From Fimbriosthenelais zetlandica (Eukaryota): a DNA stretch of 64,000 nucleotides. The notes beneath the pieces were generated by a model. That model was not told the DNA's origin, did no database searches, and saw nothing but the letters and a program-made list of their open reading frames with translations. Below are positions 15,301-32,300 of this stretch, in pieces. A program made the translations under genes and the position numbers. Where the stretch lies: the NCBI GenBank assembly GCA_977030845.1, contig OZ365110.1, forward strand, positions 23,188,001 to 23,252,000, in the 5' to 3' direction. How positions within the stretch are numbered: the first letter of the stretch is position 1; every line of letters begins with the position of its first letter.

Positions 15301-16216
15301 TTGCCATGAAGTGAAATTGGAAATATACAGCATTCTCATTATTTCCAGCTTTGTTGAAGACTATCCAGGCCTCGTCCATTTTATATATGTTGACCGATCC
15401 ATGTCACAGATGACCTGTCCATCAATAAACATTGGTACTGGACCAGACTTAAATAGAGTAGATATAATGGCCGTTATCAAGAAAAAAGTGAGTACTTGTC
15501 TCTCTTATCATTTCCAATTAATGATTTCTTCCCAGGGTATGATTTTGCCAAATAACAACCTATGCGACAAGCACACCCTCACAATAGAATTTATAATGTA
15601 TATATATATATGCAGGTGCTAAAATGAAGGGATTTGGACAACTTAAAATATGTCAGGAAAATATGATGCATCTGGTCTAGCATATAATTCTAGATATTTG
15701 ATTACTTTCCTTTTAGCTCTGGACGAAGATTGAAGAAATTCAAACTAGGCTGAAGAAAGGACATTTGACTCAAATAGTTCGCCAAGGGGATTTCCTCTAC
15801 TCATATTTTCTATGGTTTGAGGATGGAGCGGTCCAGCCGCTGATTCATCAGAGACAATGTGAACCTGTGACGGAGAGTATTCTACCTGGTCTACTTGCTG
15901 GAGGCTTTTATAGGTAAGTTTATTATTTAATCCATTTACATTAATTCCAGCCATCCACTCCTGCCCTTAACTTAGTAATTTAGGCCTATTGTTTGCCATT
16001 TTCTCATTAATTACTTTGGTCTCCTTGATTATTTCTAGGCATATAATAAGGCAGATCTTCCCCAGTCTACAGCAACACAACATTCGTGCTTATGAACTGT
16101 TTATGATGCATGTCGCAGTGGTGCCTACACAATACGCACTTCATCATGGTAAAAAATTAGCTGTCAAAATGTTAGAAACTACTGGCCAAGCCAACTCGCC
16201 CATCAATCTCTTATAA
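9394..16216 (+). CDS. HPS1: Hermansky-Pudlak syndrome 1 protein (BLOC-3 subunit)
   Basis: MKGVIVFNQLNDIVFVHHD, MAICGDGLETEAFMRRKLLVLQRILRFLFGP, EQCFLIE|AIERLHVN, DYKDYLAVKAQRNITMT, YPGLVHFIYVDR and a C-terminal YELFMMHVAVVPTQY...PINLL*. Exon phases are consistent. Confidence 0.92.
11445..13560. mobile_element. Probable non-autonomous transposon-derived insertion in the long HPS1 intron
   Basis: This intron is about 2.7 kb while most others are about 0.1 kb. It contains TGACGTCA clusters, a TTTGACCTTTGACC motif, a diverged ~170-bp direct repeat (11863/12033) and a near-perfect 174-bp tandem duplication. No TIR or TSD found; ends are approximate. Confidence 0.35.
12812..13160. repeat. Tandem duplication, 2 x 174 bp, near-identical
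   Basis: TTTGCTTAGAGACAAGAGTCTAG... starts at 12812 and again at 12986. One mismatch seen (TACAATTAG vs TACACTTAG). Confidence 0.95.
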
Positions 16217-17375
16217 TACAATTTTATTTTTGTTGTCAAAACCGGGTGCAAATATTGATACATCATGCACGTTATATGTTCGTCAATAAATATTTGCACT
16301 GCTTGCCTGTACATAATCATTCCCCCAAAATATATTAAATATATTTGAAGAAATAATGTTTATACTGTAGTGTCTATGGTCAATACATGATGCTGTACAC
16401 GTATTTGTTTAACGTACCGTTCAGGTATTCAATCGTAGCAATGGAAATAGTTCACTCAAAAGATGACAGGACTTCAAACTGCAAGCGGAACTTCATTTAA
16501 TTCATTTTTTATCTCTGGATGACAAAACAGACTTATTAAAGGTTCTCCACGATATGGACGAATGAGATGGATCATCTTCACAGCTGTAATAATTACTTAT
16601 AGAAATCCCAGGGGTCTGGATTCATAGACACAAGAGGGGAACCATTATGATGTCCTTGCTTTCAAATAATACATAAAATGCAAATAAATCAAAGCAAGGA
16701 AGAAATCAGTAGCAAAGGTGGACATCTCATTAAGTTTTAAATATAACCCGAAATAACTTCGGTATTGGCTAATTGCGATTCAATGGCGGAAATTACATTT
16801 AATTAATTGCGGTAACTATGATACATAGTAATAAAGAATTGAAGGTATTTGAGTGGGCCAATTCATATTCACACTGCCCATTGGATTGACATTACGTTTG
16901 ACCGACCACCAATGATTCTGCAGGAATCTTGGACAAATTGATAGATTGCAAAATAATTCCAAAGGACAGGAAATAAAATATTCAAAATAAACAAAATGAC
17001 TATATTGTCCTACAGCAATATTTAATAGTTAATGCATACAATTCATTGGCCATTAAAAGAATTACTGTACGTAGAATGGCCGTCATAATGGGCCATATTA
17101 TGGCCCAGGCCCCTCGTGATTTTTTGCTCTTTTTAAAACATGAATACACAGAGATTCCTGCCCTTGAACCTATGTACTTAATCGACCAGGGGATGTTCCT
17201 TCCCCCATTATCCTATTTTTAAACAGTAGAAAGGGATCGCCATGATCCCTGTCCAAATTCTGAGTGAGAACTCAAGTTTCTTAGAAACAAGATTTGGCAG
17301 TGACCGAGTGAGGGAGTCAGGAGCCCCCGGACCACTGATCACTAATAACGCCCTTTTCAATTTGCATAATTCAAT

Positions 17376-21316
<3,941 letters not shown>

Positions 21317-22585
21317 CTTTCTTTCTGTGGGATTTTCCTCGATAAGTCTGGTTAGTCCTGAAAATCCGCCCAACAATCGTTGGTAGTCGGAATGAAAGGG
21401 CGCCAAACGTGCCCTTGTTCTCCCCAAAAATCTCTTCTCAGCCCCACTAGATTGGAATTTGTGATGTTAGAAACTTCCACGATAAGGACCGTATCTGTTT
21501 TGGTCCACCTGTTCGCCAAAATCGCTTAAATAAAGTTATTTTTGCGATGAATTGTGCAACCAGATTTTGTCCAGATCACACACGTGAATGTGGGTGACGT
21601 CACGAGATTTCGGCCTAAATGTTGAGGTTTGTAAGGAGCGCTCTGATTGGTTGGGAGCTGTGCTCAGACTTGGGGCTATCTGATTCTACATTCAGACATT
21701 GATCAGAGAAAGAGGTTTGATACAATTTTGTGTATTCGGACTATAAAGCAATAAAATAGAAAACACATCGGAAATATAATATTATCCCATAGGTTTAGGT
21801 TTGCATAGGTTTGAAATACAGGCAGGCCTACCGCGGTATTCGATCTAGTATTTATAGGCTAAGCCTAGGGCCAAGCGTAAGGCCAAGTGCTAGGCCAGGG
21901 TGGCAAAGAATTTTAACCATTAAATTATTTGGGAAAAATATATAGAAGGGATCTAATTTTTGCTCCTGCCCTCCAAAAGCCTGGTAGGTCATTTTTCTTT
22001 ATAGCCATTACATTAGCCTAGACTTTATTTCACCCCTGTTTTCTTTTAAAAAAAAAAAAAAAAAAAGAAGAACAGATTTCGACCCTTCATTTTCAATAAC
22101 AGCCCAGAATTAAAAATTGTGTTAGATAAATGACCCGCCTAAATAGATCTAGATATAATATAAATGTCCTGGCACATTTTTCCTATGGTGATCTTTGCCT
22201 TTGGTCTGCTCTAACAGGGTTTTGGAGGAATCAGATATGCCCTCGGATCATCACTTTTTTGTCTACCGCTAACTAATAAAATAACAACGAATTATAATTG
22301 AATAGTTTCACAACGTATCTTTTCTACTGCCACAGATTTCTCGTCTACATATCTCAGCAGATTTTTCGGAATTAAATTTGACAAACCAGGATGTGGTTTA
22401 ACCAATGAAACGGGAGCACACACGCGGTCTTTCGTCTGCCACGTCCCATGATGCAGTGTGAAAATGGCCGCGCCCATAAAAATAGGTCAGATGGACGGCG
22501 GCTTTGGGTGGTTGTGATTTTTGCCTTACTAAGGACACCAAAAGTGATTGATGATCTTTTATTTATTGCCATTATACCAAGCACA

Positions 22586-24402
22586 ATGAAACGCGTCTGT
22601 ATTTTAGTCTTGATCGGATTGCCAGCTTCGGGAAAATCATCTTTTGCGGCAGAATTGTGTGAAATACCGACTCAGTTTGACTCGCGCTCACAGACACAGC
22701 CACAGGCCCCGCCTGTCAAATGCAAAGCACCTCGGCCGACCTCCCCGGATAACATGTTATCTGGGGGGAGTAAACTAATGACAACTAAATCTGACATATT
22801 AGAAGAAACGTTTTCTAGACACTTATTTCATCAGATATCCTTTGATGACCTTATGCCGAATGAGAGTTCCATCTTTGAACCCAATGATGATAATTTAACC
22901 AGCAATGCCCCCTTGGTAAGACAATTAATTAAAAATTAAAGTTAATTTTAGGTAAGTAATTCAATCTTGCATTATTAGCCTTAGGGTTACGGTAGCCTTC
23001 AAGATATAGGACCTAGGCTACCGTACTGTGTCTCCGTGACTGTCTGATAATTCTGATACTATTACTACTAGGACCTAGACCTACCTGCGTTGATGAAATA
23101 ACCCATTTATCAATGTACTTTTTTATATTTCAGGTAGAATCAAAGTGGAAATTACATCGGAAAAAGATTATGAAATGTATAGAGAAGCACATGATAACTA
23201 ATTATTCTGAACTCCTAGATGCCTCAAATGTATGTGAAGGGGATGAGCCTCAAGGAGAAGATCCAACCATTGATCCAGCATTATGGGAACTATTTCAATC
23301 ATGTGTACCGCCCTCCACATGTAGCAGATCCAGTGCTTATATAACTTATATCATAGATGACAACATGTACTACCAAAGTATGCGCTACGAATACTTCCAG
23401 TTAGCGCGAAAATGTGAGTTTTAAGAAATTGACCATAATTTACCCATTAGGTATTATCTGGGCATTATTATGCACATTTTCAAAGATTTACGCAATTCCG
23501 TTACACACACTAATTTTATATTTCCATAATTTACAGCCTGTAATGAAAATATTCTCTTTTTTCTCTATGCAATAATTTCAGATCAAGTTGGCTTTGCACA
23601 GTTATTCTTCAAAACATCACTTGAAAATGTTCTCCGTAAAAATAGGAAACGAGAAGCCAGAGTACCCGATGATATAATCACTAAAATGGCTACAAATATA
23701 GAGCCACCTGCAAAAGAATCCCAATGGGAAAGTAACAGCCTGTCTGCTTCTGTCGAGGAATTCTTCACTAAAAAGTATATTTGTGCTTTTAGCTTGATTC
23801 TCAAGCCCCAATTTTAATGAGAAAATCTAAAGCTTTTGCTTGCTTATACATATTTTTAACCCCAGTATTGTAATTTGTTTTAGAAAAGAAGTTCTAGATC
23901 TCATTGTCCAAGCGATTCTAAATCCAGTGAAGCCAAATCAAGGACCCGATGAAGAAGAAAGAAATGCTAGCAGAAGAGTCTGTTCCAAAAACATCATCCA
24001 TAAATCTGATAAATTTCTCAGAAAATTGGTGTCTACCTCCATTTCTGAAGCAAAGGGTGAGGATTTTGATTATTCAAAGTACATGTATGAAGAATGATAT
24101 TACAACCCAGCAATAACCATGTTACTATACATTGTGCTGATCCTTCAAATAAGGTTTTCAAATTTCTGAAAAAAGCCTGATATAAATTGTGGTCAATTAT
24201 CATGTCCTAAGGTCTCATTCCAGAAAGTGGCTCAAGTAAAGATGAAATGAAGCAGTTAGCAGCGAAACTGAATGGGAAAAGAAACAAAATACTGGCAGAT
24301 ATGAGAGTCGGATCTCTTCTAATAGATGAAAACTTTGATAATCCTGATGTAAACGATGTAAAATTGTTCGCATTTTTAAATTCAATATTTAATGACACGT
24401 GA
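22586..24402 (+). CDS. PSTK: L-seryl-tRNA(Sec) kinase
   Basis: P-loop LVLIGLPASGKS, ISFDDL, YIIDDNMYYQSMRYEYFQLARK, VLRKNRKR...VPDDIITKMATNIEPP...WE and IIHKSDKFLRKLVS. Five exons with consistent phases; TGA at 24400-24402. Confidence 0.9.
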
Positions 24403-25218
24403 ACGCTTTTGGGGAATTTAGGAAAGGCACTAAATATCAATCTACTTGAACAATTCATATATACTTTATTCCATTCCCCTAGTCCGTTTGTCTAGAATAA
24501 AATATGGAGTAACATTACAAAATATTTTAAAAGATGGACATTTTATTTATTGAAAAACCTTCCCACGATTATTCAACTTACATTCATGCTTGGATTCTCA
24601 TTTAACTCAAAGATTTCTTATAAAATAAATTGGGAAATAACGTATTCATATATAGGACGCGTCTATGTATTACTGAGAGTAACTGCCATTTATATTACAA
24701 GGTTGATTTTAAACTAATTTCTTGCTCCTTGTTAGATATGTCAAATATTGTAAATCGACTTCCCTAGCATTTGTGGAAACAGATTTTAGAGACAAATTGA
24801 TAGAGATATGTATTATAATATAATATAAATCATTTAAACGGCACTTGATACATCTTCATAATCCTTACAGATCAATCACAGACACCCACTGACTTTTTCT
24901 TATAAATGTAAGTGAACAAGCATACAAGTAAGTGAAATCATAAAAGTCGAAAGTGTCCCCATCCTCTCGGAATAAACAAGCAATAACATTCAATTTATCC
25001 TTCGCACAAGCAGAAGAACAAAAAATAAGGATGGCCTACCTTTCACTTTAGCCAGCCTTTATCTCTAGTTGATGTTGAGCATAATTGATTCTCCAGTTTT
25101 AAATAATGACAAAAAGAGGTGAGAAGTTTGTACAGTAGGATAAGTCTCATCGACGGTTAGAAAATGGCCCAAAATTCACAGCATTCTAGTAAAACTATGA
25201 CAGAGTCTTTGTAGGAGA

Positions 25219-28200
25219 TCATAGCTCGACCTTCATGTTATGTTTTTCTATGTATCTCCGCCTCGCATTCTCAATCAGTAACTGTTTCCTCTCGGCAAGG
25301 GATAAGTGTCTGTCACTGGCATTCCTAGCAAACGATTTAGCAGCAGTGTCAGCCACCCGGGGACCCTGTACAAAAATAAAATTCTCTCTTTTTAACAAAT
25401 CGTTAAACGAGAGCAGTACACATAACGTCACATTTTTAAAAAATATTTATTTTATCTTAGCGATAGGGAAATATTCCTAAAAAAAATACAGTATCAGCCA
25501 TGTTAATTTACCTGTTGTTTTTCTAGCAGTGTTGGTGTAGAATTGGATCCTGACCTTTCGCTATTTTCATCTGAGTCGTCCGGATTGTACTCGACTCGCC
25601 CTTCTAAAATATTGGTTATGGTGAGGTCCACGTCTTTTGTCAGAACTGGATAAGAGATTCAATGACATGAACAAATAAGTTTAATAATATATCTGTTGCC
25701 TTTTATTTTTGGAAGAAATCCATTATCGTATATCACTGTCGGCAATCCTAAAAATTATGTTACATTTAACTTCGTAGGCAAGCAAATTCAGTTGATTCTG
25801 AGAGTCGTAATACACAAAAGGACAATGAGATGATCTCCAGATACATACCAAGATCCTGCTTAATGGCCGACATAGGAACATGTGGTAAAACTTCTTTCAC
25901 TTGTCGACCCATTCTGTTTAGGACACTGTCTTCTTCGTCCTGCCTTGGAGGAGCTTAAATCGGAAAGTTTCGTTACATATTATCACAATTTTTAACTAAA
26001 GTAAGTATGGAGTTTGGAAAACCCCAAACGTTAAAAAGTACTAGTTAACTTTCCCTTACCTGGAGGTGGCTGTACAAAAAGTGTGCGTTTAGCATAATCG
26101 ACTTTATCAGCGCTAGTATGAGGAGTTGTTTGTACACCAAGGTCTCTGGCCATGGCGTCTTCAACGCGCCTTGTATATTCATCCACCCTCTCCCCCTCCT
26201 CTTCATCACTCAATGGCAAGATTCTGAAAGACATTAGTTGATGAAAGTCAACTGGAATATTTGCTATGTACCCAAATTGCTAGATCTATTTGTATAATCA
26301 CATGTTAGTGGCCAAATTGTTCCATGATTTCTTTTTTAGAAATCTGGTAATGGATAATATATCCTCTATACATACCTTATTTTAAACACTGTGTACGGTA
26401 CGAACAAAAACCAAAAAATATCAATCCACCAGCGTCCACCCAATACCGACTGAAAATGTAAGGAATGAAAAATATTCTTTATCTTGAGTTTTATTTTGAA
26501 AGACAAGCAGAGATGAAGTAGCCTAATATTCAAAAATGGAAATAAAATATATTAAAAACACTCACCGGGGCTATCCTAGCTATAACAGGCCTATGTAATT
26601 TTATCAAAATCTGAAAATGTAATCACAATATATCTATAAATCATATCAGGGAAAGTAATCACTTTCTAAATCTTTGTGAAAGGTTACCGGCCACCGAGTC
26701 ACCATTGTCACGACCGCATTGTCCGCCAGCGATAGTAAGCTATAGTCATATATACTTTAGTCATCATCTTCATATAATTTACTCAACTCACATAATATGG
26801 ACTCTTTACACATAGTCTTTATATATTGATTTTACTCAAATATGTATAGAATATGGATCATTCAAGGCTTACTCACGGGTTGCACTGCCTTTCCAAGAGA
26901 GAATGGCCAAATGCTGGAAAATTGTTTATCGGTAATTAAATCTTCATAATAAAGAAAATGAAACAATAAGAACCCACGTAGGCCTACTGTGTACATCTCA
27001 AGTTCAAAATACATGTACAGTTTTGAGATCTCACCTAAATTTGAGAAGTCCACATCGTCCATTGGTGGAGGCACCCTCAGGAAAAACCAACATGGGTAAA
27101 CCAGAACCTGTTAAAATATCAAAAAATGTTTTGTTGGACTGGATCTTATTCGATTGAACCTTTGAGTTGATTTTCACCAAATTATATATTATTGGCTATT
27201 GATATTGGAGAGTGTCAGCTAGATAACAAGATCCTGGATGTAGTTGTTGGTTTATGTGATACAAACTTGATGTAAATTAAATCCTACCATTGGCATGTTT
27301 CTTTGCTCTTTCTATAAGAACATCTCGCCCCTCCTTAGCCCCCATGTCAGTATATCCAAGCAAACATACTAACGCGGGCGGAAGGTCCCAGACACAGGGC
27401 TGATTTAAATAAGAAAATTGGTTTAGAAAATAATCTTCTGATCTTTGTATCAATTATATAAGTATGGAATATTTTAGTAGCCTATATTATTTATACCTCC
27501 ATAGTAAATTGCACCCTACATTGTTTATACTAGTAATAGCATAGTTAACGTGGGAGACTTATACATACCAAGAGGTTGGGAATGATAAGCCCAATGGCTA
27601 AATGATCCAGAGTCGAAGTGTAGTTTGCAACAAGCACACGAGCTTTCTGATTTTTAGTCCCTTCAGTCGAAATGATGACTCCAAGAACGCCACACATTAT
27701 TCGTAATATAATACTGGAGTATAATATTTTTAAAAATACAAAAATACAATAAAGATAAATAAATTTGAGAAATCAATTTTAAACGAAATTAGGGCCTTAT
27801 CTTCCATAATATTTAATTTTTAATTCACACAGAATTCACAGGCCTATTGCAACTATACCTGGTTACTGGTAGGAAAATATTAGTAATTAGACAATGTCAA
27901 TGGGTATTTAAAGTAAATATGAAAAATACATTATCAAACATTTTGCTTCTAAACATTAGATTTAAATTTATACATTTTTTATGAGGAAAACCTACCTTCG
28001 TATATACAAGGTTTTAGGAATCAAACAAGCAATTATATAGGTGTGGAATCCGATGAAAATGCGTAGCACTGCCAAAAGCATACCAAACGGAAAGTACAAA
28101 CATAGTGCCAGCAACTCAAATATTCCATCTGGAAGTCTGAAAAGAAATTACATGGATATGTTATAACTTATATGCAAAACGGTTTTCTACTTGTAAGACT

Positions 28201-28406
28201 GGTGCATTAAATGAACATGCTAACGCTAGGACATGATATTCTACTAGTCAGGCATTATTTGCTTGCATTAACGGGGGGAACCTATAAACAAAATCAAACA
28301 GGTTTTCACTGACGAACCAAAGTTCATGAGCGATAATAGGGGACCAACAATTTAGCACAACTCACCGATTGTTATCAAAGAGTTCCTCGATGCTTCGCCC
28401 TCCCAT
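25219..28406 (-). CDS. AUP1: Ancient ubiquitous protein 1 (lipid-droplet/ERAD; acyltransferase-like + CUE + G2BR)
   Basis: MGGRSIEELFDNNR|LPDGIFELLALCLYFPFGMLLAVLRIFI, LVFPEGASTNGRCGLLKF|SIWPFSL, WWIDIFWFLFVPYTVFKIR, CUE domain RQVKEVLPHVPMSAIKQDL, G2BR KSFARNASDRHLSLAERKQLLIENARRRY. Confidence 0.93.
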
Positions 28407-29339
28407 GTTTGAAACCAATATTGGACTGTGTGTATTTGATGCTTTGAGTGAATTAGAGGTGTTTCTGGCAAAAATAAATGGTGCAGAAGTTATCTTTTTG
28501 CAGTAGTCATGTTGTCCACTTTCTCCCACAATCCACTGGCCAACTACCGGATGTTGCTCTTTTTCACTTCCGGCTGGCGGGAACCACGCCTGAGGATAGG
28601 TATGATTTGTGGCTCCGTTAGATACATGTATTGTGAAATATTTCCTTAACAAAGCTATTATAAGTGATTGCCTGAGTCGAAGATAAGTCATTATTTAATG
28701 TGTAAAGTAATGTGACGGGCCTCCTTTTGTGTCGAGGGCCCATTTTGAGAGATTCAGCAGGTTTTATTGGCGGGCCAGGCCAAGGCTGAGGCCTGTAGCT
28801 TGGTTCTTGCCTACTGTCGAGGTGGCGCTAGGTGCGCACAGTTGTAACGAGTGAAGCCCTAACTAAGCCTGAGGGCAGTGACTAAGTGAGGGTGAGGTGC
28901 CGAGGACAAGTTCAAGGTTGGGAAGCGAGGCATAGACATAGTCATAGTCGGCCTATATTATACCGGTACGGCTTTTTTGAGACTCAGAACATTTAGCCAT
29001 TTTAGGCAAAAATATAGGCCTACCCCTATTCAGGTTTCTGGTGAAATAACCAAGTCCAATTTCACGTAGGCCTAAAACAAATTTTGCAGTAATGGTTATA
29101 ACAAAGAGGCACAGAATTTCACTTTGCTACAATTTTCCAGGGGGCATTGCTCTGTGTAGGGATTTGTCCCTCTGGCACCAGGTTTTTAGGCCCACAAAAT
29201 TTCTCCTGCTTTTTGGCCCTCTGGAAATTGGCAGCCCTGTGGACACATCGCTCTCGTCGCTGTCTTACGACAAGGTCTCTTCTTTAGGCCAACTTTTTCT
29301 ATTTGAAAATTTTATTTTTGTCTAGATTAAAATTCCATC

Positions 29340-32300
29340 ATGCCGCTTTGCCCTGTTTGTGACGGCATTGATTACGAGGAAGTGGATGGCCTTTTTTATT
29401 GCATTACCTGCAATACACAAAGCCAAGTGAGTCGTCCCCTTCTAATTTCTAAATCTAATCAATATAATAGTTCTAAACACTCTTTCATAGGCCCACCGAT
29501 ATAATTTCATATGACATTAAAACCAATTTTGCCTCGTGTAATATTTTATACAAATACCGTACAGACATTCATCAAGTATAGTAAGCAAACATGTCACATG
29601 ATATGCTTAATTTGATAACTATTAATCACAGGCACTCAGGAATGAAGAGACAGACGCCAATTTGGGATATGCGGATATGGGACAAAAATTGATTCAACAG
29701 GCTTCACATTTTCAATATAGAGATAAAGGTAAATCATATTCAATTTACCGGTACTGTAGCTCCGAGTGCATCTATATTGACCACGGAAATCTTGTCTACC
29801 AGTATTGGCAATAAAACTGACTGAAGAATACGTGCACATTATGGATCAGGCTTGTATTTCCAATGTTAATTTTACATTTTAGACGAAGAAGGCATTCCAT
29901 GGTTCACCGAAGATGCCCTCCATATCATTCTACGATGTCAGGCGGGAGCTTTGATCAAAAAAGGAATATCCAAGAAAATTAAGGTAAATATTAATAGGCA
30001 AGAAAACATGTCGCAAATGAATAACCATCGGTGGATTGATTGATTTCATGCCATCTAACGGCATAATACTTTCCTCCAGGTACATTTCTAAATGTGATTT
30101 TTTTTAAAAGGGCGTGATCCACCAGTTATGGTTGTTATATCTTGCTCGGTCAGGGATAGTCAAGTCGCACTACTGTCAAAACCCCCAAGAACTGCAGTTA
30201 TTCCTCAATCAGGTACCTCGCAATAGGTGAGTTCGTTACCAATATGTTTATTTCAGGTTAATCTCTTCCAACATGTTAAAGGAATACCGTACTCAAATTT
30301 AACATGGGGTTCATTAATTTTTTAGGTTCATTTATATCCAAAATCTTACATGGCAATCCCAATCTGTATTTTTCTCTGTATAGAAGATATTGTGTATGAA
30401 AACTTGTATATGCCCCATCTGCGATCAGAGTTGGTGGGTTCCATCTTGAATATCAGGTTCCCACCAGGTCCACTGGGTGGAGCCACTGTCTATATATATA
30501 GAACGGCAGCAGAGACCATCATCACTGGTGTCAGTATAACTCAGTACCGCCGCCTGGCAGGAACTTCATATACAAACTACAGGAAGTGATGGCGGAAGGG
30601 AACATCTAATTCCTCTATTATCACTAAGAGATGTTCATAAAATTAATAAAATGGCGCCCCTGTTGGTTTGAGTGTAGTTGAGTATTCAGAACAGGATTTC
30701 TTCTATACAGTGAGAAATATCAAAGTGTCACTGTCTCTAAAGTTTTGTCTACAGAGGAATCTTTTAATGGGGCCCGATGTTATATTTCATCATTGTTTTC
30801 CTTTAATTAAATGTTACATTTTATATGATTCCTTAATCTAGAGACCAAGTGGCTGAGCTGTATCACTTAATTCTTGATGATTGCCTAGAAATGGACGCCA
30901 ATCCTAATTTTAACGAGGTATGAATCCAAAATACATTAGTATAGAGAATTTCTGTGCTGGGTTTCGCTGTAAAACGTGTACTACAAGGAATTCAATAGTT
31001 GCTTTCCAAGTACCATATGATGCACTGTTTAGGTATGGACACATACATGTACAGGGGCTGCAATGTTCCGACTGACCTAATAATCATTATTGGCATTCTA
31101 TTCCCCTTATGAAGGGTAATAAAATATGCAGACATGTCAGACTGGGATAGGAGAGGGAAGAATAAGTTTGATTTGATGTTATTAATTTTTTCTATCAGCC
31201 TGGACCTTCAACTGACACCAACGTGGACGCAGACGGAGATCCTGGAAACAAGAAAGAAAAAGTAAATCCATATAATTGTCATTAATTGAATAAAATCCTA
31301 TACTATCCTCACTGACAAAAGTATATTCTTATAGTATAATCATTTTAAGGTAATTTATATATTAAAATACTGTTGCACGTAACTAAGTTTCCTTGGCATG
31401 TTGATCAATAATGTACCAATAAATTTATATTTCAAATGAAATTCAAATATTAATACCATATAATAATTAACTTTCTTCAGGGTTTCATAAAAATGAGTAG
31501 AGCGTCAAGAGAGGTAGCCAGGAGATCTATTGGACGATTACGATTGACTGTCACTATCAGTATTTGTCATTTAGCACTTCTCTACATCAACAACCTTGTT
31601 ACTACCAGTGATTTGTACACGTAAGGCACTACGTGTATCTTGTCTTGTTTTCAATTTTCAAAATACATGTATAATAAATATGTAAAAGAAAAATTCATAC
31701 ATTTTATAAAACACGGGCGATTACATATTGTAAGGGGAATGCAAGATAACTCTCTCAGCTTAAAAAAATATTTCCTTATCTATATAGATCTATATTTTGT
31801 TCCGGTACGTGAACTTTATAAAATGAGGTAAAATCGATCATTTTTAAACTATTTGTTTTCTTTTGCTAGGTGGCTCCAGGATAATTCCCTTCCCTACAGA
31901 CATTCGGAACAGCTTTTACCCAAAAGTATGGTGTTGACAGGAAATGACAGGAATATTTTCACGTCATCGGTAATAATAAGTATTTATATATATACGAAAT
32001 CATAGTGAGAACTGTTGAAAGTTAATATTAATATTCAACCATATCCAATTTCCTTGAGCTGCCTGGTTTCAGGTTATTATGTTCTTAATGAAAGGTGGGT
32101 AATTAATTTCTGAAATATATGAAAATATACCAATGCTATATCTACCTCTTTTCTCTGCTATTTTACCTGAGATCAAACACAGGATTCCTTTTTATTTTCA
32201 GACAATTCCACCGACTACTAAGATCAATAAAGTGACAACGCAGTTGATAAAGTTTCTTGAATTGAGAGATTTCCCGGTGGTTGATCTCAGACCATTAGCC

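Noticed and set aside
21317-21427. Open frame upstream of the ETF1 AUG (track ORF from TTG)
   Set aside because: No homology-like content; the conserved eRF1 N-terminus starts at AUG 21316 in good context.
30550-30560. CTGGCAGGA complementary to the 18S rRNA 5' end
   Set aside because: A 9-nt match is expected by chance in 64 kb, and there is no U3-like box architecture.
30648-30668. CTCF-like GGCGCCCCTGTTGG
   Set aside because: One G short of the core spacing; a YY1-like AAAATGGCG overlaps it and neither can be supported.
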